From contig JACRGF010000007.1 in assembly GCA_016212395.1 (NCBI GenBank), forward strand, positions 1,910-65,909: a stretch of DNA of 64,000 nucleotides, in the 5' to 3' direction. The position numbers and the translations under genes were made by a program. The notes below the pieces were generated by a model. That model searched no databases and was not told the DNA's origin. It saw only the letters and a list, made by a program, of their open reading frames with translations. Below are positions 44,095 to 50,795 of this stretch, one piece after another (positions within the stretch are counted from its first letter, which is position 1; each line of letters starts with the position of its first letter). Origin of the DNA: Candidatus Micrarchaeota archaeon. Its GTDB lineage: Archaea; Micrarchaeota; Micrarchaeia; Burarchaeales; JACRGF01.

Positions 44095-45123
44095 ATGCTT
44101 GAAATTGACGGCAGTACGAGTGAGGGTGGAGGGCAGATTCTTCGCGTTGCTTTAGCGCTTGCAAGCGTTTTGAAAACTCCTTTGAAAATTTCAAGCATTC
44201 GCGCGAACAGGAGGAATCCGGGCTTGCAGGCTCAGCATTTGGCTGGCGTGAGAATACTGCAGAAAATATGCAACGCGAAAGTTGAAGGCGCTGAACTGCA
44301 TTCCACTCAATTGTCTTTCGAACCGAACAACATTGCAGGCGGAGTTTATTCTTTTGATGTCGGCACTGCCGGAGCGGTTTCGCTCGTGTTGCAAGCAGTT
44401 CTCCCAGTGCTCGCGTTCGCCCCCCGGAAAACCAGCATCACTCTAACTGGCGGTACGCACGTGAACTGGTCTCCTACTATTGATTATATTGAGAACGTGT
44501 TCAAGCCTCTTGTTGCGAGAACTGGTTTCGATTTTGACTTAAGCGTTGAAAAATACGGTTTTTACCCTAAGGGTGGCGGGAGGGTTGTCGTTGAAGCAAC
44601 TCCAGCGCGAGAGTTGAATGGAATAACTTTGGTGGGCAAGGGCGAGTTGTTGGGAGTAAATGGAATTTCTGTTGCTGGAAGCCTGCCTGAGCACGTTGCA
44701 AAACGCCAACGCGAGGGCGTTTCAAGCGTTTTTTCTTCTGCTGAAGTTCGGTTGGTTAACGCTGAAACTGCTTGCCCTGGAACTGCTGTTACGTTGTGGG
44801 CTGAGTTTGAGAATGGCTTGCTTGGCGCGAGCGCGTTGGGAGAGAAAGGAAAGCCTGCAGAGCAAGTTGGCAGGGAAGCTGGAGAGTTGCTGAAGAAAGA
44901 GTTAAGCTCGAGTGCGTGTGTTGATGTGCATGCTGCTGACCAGTTGATGGTGTTCGCTGCATTAGCAAAAGGCGACACTGTTTACAGAACGTCTGAAGTT
45001 TCAAGCCATGCTAAGACTAACGCGTGGCTTATAGAGAAAATTTGCGGAAGCAAAATCGTTTTAAACGAAGGCGAAAAAACAATTTCTATTAAAGGACTTG
45101 GAATTGAAGGGTTGGAAAAATGA
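44095..45123 (+). CDS. rtcA: RNA 3'-terminal phosphate cyclase
   Basis: Sequence MLEIDGSTSEGGGQILRVALALAS...IRANRRNPGLQAQHL. Confidence 0.9.
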   Translation: MLEIDGSTSEGGGQILRVALALASVLKTPLKISSIRANRRNPGLQAQHLAGVRILQKICNAKVEGAELHSTQLSFEPNNIAGGVYSFDVGTAGAVSLVLQAVLPVLAFAPRKTSITLTGGTHVNWSPTIDYIENVFKPLVARTGFDFDLSVEKYGFYPKGGGRVVVEATPARELNGITLVGKGELLGVNGISVAGSLPEHVAKRQREGVSSVFSSAEVRLVNAETACPGTAVTLWAEFENGLLGASALGEKGKPAEQVGREAGELLKKELSSSACVDVHAADQLMVFAALAKGDTVYRTSEVSSHAKTNAWLIEKICGSKIVLNEGEKTISIKGLGIEGLEK

Positions 45124-45761
45124 AGTTTCTCTTGCTTGATTTGCCTGGCTTGATTTCAACTGTAGTAATAGGCGGGCTTATTTACTATTTCGGCGGTTTG
45201 TTTGCATTGCAGTTTCTCGCGTTGATGATAGTTTTCCTCTTGGCTGGAGTTTTTGTTACGAAGTATGATTATGAGCGGAAGCGCGAGCTGGCGGTGTTCG
45301 AGCATGAGCGGAGTTGGGAGAATGTTTTGGCGAACGGAATTGTTCCTGCATTGTGCGTTGTGGCGTTTGCTTTCGACGCGAGGTTTTTCGGCGCGTTCAT
45401 CGGAGCTGTTGCGGCAATAATGGCTGACAAGTTCGGCTCTGAGCTTGGAGTGCTTGGAGGCGAGCCGTTTTCTTTGCTGAACTTGAAGAAAGTAAAGCCT
45501 GGAATTTCCGGTGCAGTCAGCTTGCTGGGCTTGTTCGTTTCGTTCGACGGCGCAGCGTTCATTGGCTTTGCTTCCTACTTTTTATTCCCAAGCCACTTTA
45601 CTCTAGTCCACGTCTTGATTATCGCGTTAGTTGGTTTTGCAGGCTCGATTGCAGACAGCTTGGCTGGAGTTCCTGAAAGCAAAGGAATAGGCAGCAAGAG
45701 CACGACGAACATTATCTGCGCGTTGGCTGGAGCTGCAATAGGTTATTTCGTCATTCAATAG
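45120..45761 (+). CDS. DUF92/TMEM19-family integral membrane protein
   Basis: 213-aa polytopic ORF whose start overlaps the rtcA stop (ATGA). Confidence 0.6.
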   Translation: MKFLLLDLPGLISTVVIGGLIYYFGGLFALQFLALMIVFLLAGVFVTKYDYERKRELAVFEHERSWENVLANGIVPALCVVAFAFDARFFGAFIGAVAAIMADKFGSELGVLGGEPFSLLNLKKVKPGISGAVSLLGLFVSFDGAAFIGFASYFLFPSHFTLVHVLIIALVGFAGSIADSLAGVPESKGIGSKSTTNIICALAGAAIGYFVIQ

Positions 45762-45957
45762 ATGGAAAAAACGCTCGTGTTTTCTATTCATTTTTTCTCC
45801 TCATGCTTTTTCCATACTGCTTCCTTGATTTTTGCAGAAAGCTGTTCGATATCCTTGCCAGTAGCTTTGCTTTTTGACGTTAGTTTCTTCAGCAATTTCA
45901 ATGGCACTGGCACGGTTATACATCCTGTTCAGCATACTGTATCCTACGTAAAAACTT

Positions 45958-46677
45958 TTATCTTGTTCTTGCTGCAGTTTTTCTTGCAACGTGCCTGGCG
46001 TATTCTTTCAATCCTGTTTCAGCGTCTGCTGTAAACAAGCCTTCAACTGTTTGCACTATCTCTTTTCGTATCTGCACGTCTCCCACTTTTATTTTGTTTA
46101 ACGCGAGAAGGCACGCTGCTCTTACTGTCCCGCGCGAGTCCCTGCGCATTGTTTTGATAAGTGCTGCGACCGCGTTTTCATTCCCGTATTTCACGAGGCA
46201 CAAGGCAGCGTCAACGCGCAACCCGCTGTTCGTGTGCGCGACAAGCACGTTGCCTGCAAGCTCGCTTATTCTCGCGCGCAGGCTTTTTCTTTTCACTTTC
46301 AAGTAAACGAGTGTTTCAAAAACTCTTTTCAGCACGTTCACGTTCTCGCTTTTTTCAAGCACGCTGGCGAGCACTGGAACAGCTTTTCCGCCGAACGAAA
46401 CAAGGCAGTCTATCGCGTCTATCTGCTCGCGAGGCTTTTCTCCTCTAATTGCTGTTCGCGTGAGCCTCACAAAATGCCTTTTCTGAGCAACGCCTGCTTC
46501 CCTTGCTTCAGCGAATACTCTCGTTGCGTCAATAACCGTTTTTCCATTCAGCAAAAGCCTGGGGGGAATAACGCGCCCATTAGGCCTTCTGCCTCCTGCC
46601 TCCAGTGCAGCAGCACGTTCGCTCAACGAAACAAGTTTCCCCACAACAACTCCCCCACTCTTAAGATACGCCTGCAA
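45958..46677 (-). CDS. HEAT-repeat protein
   Basis: Repeated helical units (NAVAALIKTMRRDSRGTVRAACLLALNKI and others). It overlaps the upstream 574-aa gene by 17 nt. Confidence 0.6.
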   Translation of the reverse strand: MQAYLKSGGVVVGKLVSLSERAAALEAGGRRPNGRVIPPRLLLNGKTVIDATRVFAEAREAGVAQKRHFVRLTRTAIRGEKPREQIDAIDCLVSFGGKAVPVLASVLEKSENVNVLKRVFETLVYLKVKRKSLRARISELAGNVLVAHTNSGLRVDAALCLVKYGNENAVAALIKTMRRDSRGTVRAACLLALNKIKVGDVQIRKEIVQTVEGLFTADAETGLKEYARHVARKTAARTR

Positions 46678-48385
46678 ACCTGTAAATTTTTATTACTTCC
46701 TCGAAACCCAAGCCCGTCAAAGCTTTCCGCGCTATTTCATCAGTAACCACGTTTTCCTTCTTGTGTCCCCTCAACATTTCGCCTGCGTTTCTTCCACTCA
46801 TCTGTGCCAATAGTTTCAGCACTGGTTCAGCGTGTTGCTCGTAAATAACATCCACCAAACTTGCGTTGAACATTAAGGCAGCCATTTCAACGTCTTGCAT
46901 TACATCCACCCACGAGTCGTATTTCGCGTAGTTTGCAGCGATTTCTGCTTCAACCCTGCGCGTTTCTTCCCTCAACTTGGCTTTGTCCGTTCTTTCAAAT
47001 GTTTTCATGCCTGCAAGCGTTTTCTTGTAATACACTATTCTTGGAACTGCGGAAATCCTCTCGTATCCTGCTTCGAACGCTTTTCGCGCCAATCCGTTCG
47101 GAAGCTCGTACATCCTGTCTATTGTCCCGTCTTCAAGCGCGCGCACTATTTCCACGCTCATCTCTCTGCAAACTTTTTCTTTTTCAGGCTCTGGTGAAGT
47201 TGCAATATCTTCGCCAATAATTCCGGCTTTCTTCATTCTTTCGATATTCTCTTTTTGCATGTCTGCCATTTTCCTGAACCCAAGCATTTCCCCAATGTGC
47301 GTGAGCACTTCTACTTGCAGTGTATGCCTATTGACTCTTTTGAACCCTGAGTAATGCCGTCTCTTCAAGTAGCCGTGCACGAGCCTGCGCATAAGCCCGT
47401 TGAGCACGCACAATTCCAAGTCAAGCTCGCGCATTGTTTTCATTTTCAAGCCTTCCGCGTTCGCTTCTGTCGCTATTCCGCGCGAGAGCACTCCCTCCTC
47501 GTGTTCTTCCCCCTTGCATTTCCGCACTTCCACTTTCACTACTCTTGCTGCAGCGTGCAGTTCATGAACTTCTTGAATAAAATGCTGGGCAACTAATCTG
47601 ATTTCAGGCCGAATAGTAAAACTTGCTCTGTCTTCCCCTCTTTCGTTTCCTCCGCTTTCCCCTCCTTCTTTTTTTCCTTCTCCGAGCACGTCCCAGATTG
47701 CGCGCATTACTCCCTGCCTGATTGCAACGTAGAGTTTGTAGCTTTCTTCAAACTTTTGTGAAGAAGCGAGTTGAAGCAATCCGGGCGCTATTCCCGAAAG
47801 CGCGTCGAATACTTTCTTGAATTCTCTCGGAGCAAGCGTTACTCCGCCAAGCCATCCTCGCAGTATGTGTTCACCGCTTACTATAGGGTTGCCTGCGCGT
47901 GCTTGTTGCGCTGTGAGCGTTTCGTGCACGAACAATGCAGTTAGTTCTAGCGGTTTTTCTTCGATTTGGTTTACGTTTCTTTGCGTTACGATTAGTTTGA
48001 CGTTTTCCCTGCGCACTGCTTCAGGCCACAACAGCGTGCTTTGAGGCGCTGCAATTCCACCTAACAACTCGTTCTTGAATGCTGTAGTAGTTGAACCGTC
48101 TGGGCATTGCACGAACAATTCCGCGAGCGCGTGCCTGTACCTTCCGCTTTGCTTTAGCACTGCGTCAACGTCTTCTAGCGTTATTGCCGTGCCTCCGCCT
48201 CGCAGTGCTTGTTTTACGAACAATACGCTGTCGCCTTCCTGCACGTCGCGCGCGAGCTTTCCGAAAAACTCTCCTCCTAATGGAACTATCACGCGCGTGT
48301 TCGGGTGGAAAACAGAAGTTCCTAGCGTAGTAGTTACGAAAATCTTGCGGGCATCTGGCTTTTGCTGCCTCCCCACGTGCGACAT
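46661..48385 (-). CDS. Large hypothetical protein (574 aa)
   Basis: Long uninterrupted ORF with the TATA box tttaaata about 28 nt upstream of the ATG (leaderless). I recognise no motif. Confidence 0.55.
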   Translation of the reverse strand: MSHVGRQQKPDARKIFVTTTLGTSVFHPNTRVIVPLGGEFFGKLARDVQEGDSVLFVKQALRGGGTAITLEDVDAVLKQSGRYRHALAELFVQCPDGSTTTAFKNELLGGIAAPQSTLLWPEAVRRENVKLIVTQRNVNQIEEKPLELTALFVHETLTAQQARAGNPIVSGEHILRGWLGGVTLAPREFKKVFDALSGIAPGLLQLASSQKFEESYKLYVAIRQGVMRAIWDVLGEGKKEGGESGGNERGEDRASFTIRPEIRLVAQHFIQEVHELHAAARVVKVEVRKCKGEEHEEGVLSRGIATEANAEGLKMKTMRELDLELCVLNGLMRRLVHGYLKRRHYSGFKRVNRHTLQVEVLTHIGEMLGFRKMADMQKENIERMKKAGIIGEDIATSPEPEKEKVCREMSVEIVRALEDGTIDRMYELPNGLARKAFEAGYERISAVPRIVYYKKTLAGMKTFERTDKAKLREETRRVEAEIAANYAKYDSWVDVMQDVEMAALMFNASLVDVIYEQHAEPVLKLLAQMSGRNAGEMLRGHKKENVVTDEIARKALTGLGFEEVIKIYRFAGVS

Positions 48386-48409
48386 AACTCAATTTTATGC
48401 ATTAAGGCG

Positions 48410-48417
48410 TATTTAAA
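48410..48417 (-). promoter_or_regulatory. TATA box for the 574-aa gene
   Basis: tggTTTAAATAcgcc on the minus strand, about 28 nt upstream of the ATG at 48385. Confidence 0.5.
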
Positions 48418-48479
48418 CCATGGCGAAATAGCGTTTTTGCTTTGTTTTTTCGCGCGTTCTGTTGAGTTTGGCTTTAAAA

Positions 48480-48974
48480 ATGTTTTCGTCGAATAAGTTG
48501 TTTCAGGTGGCCTGCCTGCAACAATTGCAATCTGTTCGCGAGGTTGATCCCTCGTTCATGCCGTTCGACGAGATAGAGCGGAGGCTGCGCGCTGATTTTG
48601 ACAAATTGTCTAAGCAGAAGAACACTCGGCAAGTGGAGCATGCTGACAAGCTGTTGATGTGCGAGCTTGCGATAGACCATTTGAATGCTTACAAGGAAAG
48701 CGCTGAAGAACTCGAACGCCTAGTTGCGTGTTACAAGCGCGCGAGCGCTTCCTCTAAACAACACAGTGCTACTCTCAAGAGGAGAGTTGCTGCGTACAAG
48801 CGTGCTCTCTCGTTGCTGAACATTGCTTTGAATGTCCACTTCTCGCGCAGGCAAAAATTGCGCGCGCAAAAGAAAAGAATTCGGCTCCAGCTTTCCGCTT
48901 GCTCTGAGTCCATCGCGCAATTCAAGAACGCAGTCAGAGGCATCTCGTTCTCGCTGAAAAAAAGAAAAGACTGA
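48480..48974 (+). CDS. Hypothetical helical/coiled-coil protein
   Basis: About 164-aa ORF starting at the ATG at 48480, basic and helical. No motif recognised. Confidence 0.4.
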   Translation: MFSSNKLFQVACLQQLQSVREVDPSFMPFDEIERRLRADFDKLSKQKNTRQVEHADKLLMCELAIDHLNAYKESAEELERLVACYKRASASSKQHSATLKRRVAAYKRALSLLNIALNVHFSRRQKLRAQKKRIRLQLSACSESIAQFKNAVRGISFSLKKRKD

Positions 48975-49018
48975 CCGAAACTACTCAAGACTGGAAACCC
49001 AAAACTGAAAACTGTTTA

Positions 49019-49167
49019 CGGGCCCGACGGGAGTTTCAGGGTTTAGAAGTTTTGATGTTTTGCAGTTTCGCTTGTTTTGAAAATTCTGCCTGAACTTCTA
49101 AACTCTTTCGAACCCGCGACTTCTTGGTCCGAAGCCAAGCGCTCTATCCAAGCTGAGCTACGGGCCC
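49019..49167 (-). tRNA. tRNA-Arg (anticodon UCG) with a 74-nt intron (49033-49106) between positions 59 and 60
   Basis: Minus-strand read: GGGCCCG TA GCTC AGCTTGGATA GAGC G CTTGG CTTCGGA CCAAG AAGTC GCGGG TTCGAA [intron] T CCCGT CGGGCCC G. The acceptor stem is a perfect 7 bp. The intron ends pair as GTTTAGAAGTT/AACTTCTAAAC (11 bp). Confidence 0.75.
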
Positions 49168-49264
49168 GCAAGATTTGTCTTGAATGGTTTTGTCTGGTTG
49201 GTTTTGACTGGTTCTGTCTTATTTTGCTGTTTTCGTTCTTTTCGAGAAGTATTTTGTGCTGAAC

Positions 49265-49276
49265 TTATATAAATAC
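49265..49276 (+). promoter_or_regulatory. TATA box for the small pilin-like gene
   Basis: ttatataaatac, centred about 25 nt upstream of the ATG at 49296. Confidence 0.5.
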
Positions 49277-49295
49277 TGGGAAGTATAACCTGCTC

Positions 49296-49490
49296 ATGTC
49301 GTTTTGGGAGTTTGCTGGAAAGAACAGCGGGAAAGGATTGATCGTCGGCGGTGTTGCTGTCGGAGTTGCTACTGCAGCGCCTGTGCTTGGAAACCAGATT
49401 GCTTCAGCGTTGCCGCCTGGCGCTGGGTTGGCTGCAGGAGTCGGCATGATCGCGGTAGGCACTGGGCTGGAATTAATAGGCGGCCTTTAA
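49296..49490 (+). CDS. Small Gly/Ala-rich two-helix membrane protein (candidate VirB2/CedA1/TedC-like pilin)
   Basis: 64-aa ORF MSFWEFAGKNSGKG|LIVGGVAVGVATAAPVLG-NQIASALPPG-AGLAAGVGMIAVGTGLELIGGL. It has a strong TATA box and sits first in the VirB4 module. Confidence 0.5.
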   Translation: MSFWEFAGKNSGKGLIVGGVAVGVATAAPVLGNQIASALPPGAGLAAGVGMIAVGTGLELIGGL

Positions 49491-49500
49491 CCTGCCATTA

Positions 49501-49552
49501 ACGCGCAAAAAAATAAAACGCAACATCAACAGCATCTTTTTTTTCTGCGCGT
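49501..49552 (+). terminator. Hairpin plus T8 tract immediately after the pilin-like gene
   Basis: acgcgcaaaaaaa (49501-49513) pairs with ttttttctgcgcgt (49539-49552). A run of 8 T residues lies at 49537-49544. Confidence 0.4.
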
Positions 49553-49773
49553 GTTTTTTCTCGTTCAGTTTTGTGTGTTGTCCTGTTTTTTTCTTTTTTT
49601 CTCTACACTTTTTTTCTGTTTTGTTCTTTTTGTCGTTTTTTTTTCTGCGCGTGTTTTTTCTGTTTTGTTCGTTTTTTTTAGGGTTTTTTCTTTTTTTCTG
49701 TTTGTTTCTCTTTTTTCCTGCGTTCAGCAAGTTTTTTATACGGTTGAACGCTTATTCTTTCGGGAGGTTGTTC

Positions 49774-50652
49774 GTGGCTTACAAGACGCCTAAGGAAATC
49801 GAGCAGTACCGGCAGAAATTCTTGTTTGGAAAGACGCAGTCCGAGGCAGCGATTTTCTTGGGCGCGTTCACCGCAGGCTTTATCACAGCTTACGCTTACT
49901 CTTTTTCTTTTGCTTCAGTCCTTGCAGGCGCAGGCATTGCTTTGTTCGGCTATTTGTGGGTGTTTCATGATTTCGGAAAGCGTTTGCTTGACTTGCATGC
50001 TTACCAGTCGAGCGTGAAGAAAGCGAATTTTACTGACTTGAGTTCAGCGAAATTTCTCGGGGTTAAGGACGTGCGCGACGACGCTATTTTTTTGAACGAC
50101 AATTCGCTTGTTTCGCTCATTCAAGTAATCCCGCTGGATTTTGATGTTCTCGAGCCTGAGAGAAAGCAGGCTATAATCGCGAATTATAAAAAGTTTCTCG
50201 ACGGGTTGGATTATCCGATTGAGATTGTGTGCAGGACTGTGGACTTGAATTTAGAGGAGTATTTCAAGGCGCACAGGCGTTCTACTGAAGCGTTGAACAA
50301 TCCTGCTTTGTTGAAGCGTTTCGAGAAGCTTGAAAAATTCCTGCGCGGGTACATTAAGGAGAACGAGGTGAAGGACCGTGTTTTCATTGTTGCGTTGAGC
50401 GAGCGGATGCGCCCGCTTTCGAGTGCTGCGAAGTTCGACAAGCGCATAGAACAGGAAGTGTTCGCAGAGGCGCGAAAGTCTTTGGACGTGAAGACCGAGA
50501 CTACGTTGAACGCGTTGAAGCAGTGCATGCTTCAGTGCAGGCGCTTGAAGTCAAGCGAGCTTGTCGCGATGCTCTCTTCGATTTTCACTGGAAGCGTGAA
50601 CGTGAGTGAAGATTACTTGTTTCCGATAACTGACTGCAACGGAGAAAAATGA
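49774..50652 (+). CDS. PrgI/VirB3-like two-TM protein fused to a VirB4 N-domain-like region
   Basis: GTG start with GGAGG 7 nt upstream. The sequence AYKTPKEIEQYRQKFLFGKTQSEAAIFLGAFTAGFI... fits the PrgI-family N-terminal pattern. Then LGVKDVRDDAIFLNDNSLVSLIQVIPLDFDVLEPERKQAIIANYKKFLDGLDYPIEIV follows. Confidence 0.6.
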   Translation: MAYKTPKEIEQYRQKFLFGKTQSEAAIFLGAFTAGFITAYAYSFSFASVLAGAGIALFGYLWVFHDFGKRLLDLHAYQSSVKKANFTDLSSAKFLGVKDVRDDAIFLNDNSLVSLIQVIPLDFDVLEPERKQAIIANYKKFLDGLDYPIEIVCRTVDLNLEEYFKAHRRSTEALNNPALLKRFEKLEKFLRGYIKENEVKDRVFIVALSERMRPLSSAAKFDKRIEQEVFAEARKSLDVKTETTLNALKQCMLQCRRLKSSELVAMLSSIFTGSVNVSEDYLFPITDCNGEK

Positions 50653-50795
50653 AGGCAGAGAAAAAACGTAAAACGCGTTGTTCACGCGTGAATTGTTTTG
50701 GAGTTTTGTGGTTTTGTAGTGTCGTGGTTTTTTGTGTGAATTCGAAACTTCGAAACTGCAAAACTCGAAACTTGCAATTGTTTTGGCTGGTGTTC

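Noticed and set aside
45801-45989. 62-aa (or 44-aa from MLNRMY) minus-strand ORF just downstream of the HEAT-repeat gene
   Set aside because: It is short, overlaps the HEAT gene end in another frame, and has no clear promoter or motif. There is not enough evidence to call it.
50649-50795. N-terminal 49-aa extension of the VirB4-like ATPase from the ATGA-overlapping start
   Set aside because: The codons traverse a repeat-family inverted element and encode an implausible peptide, so the downstream ATG at 50796 is preferred. The extension is recorded as an open question in the findings.
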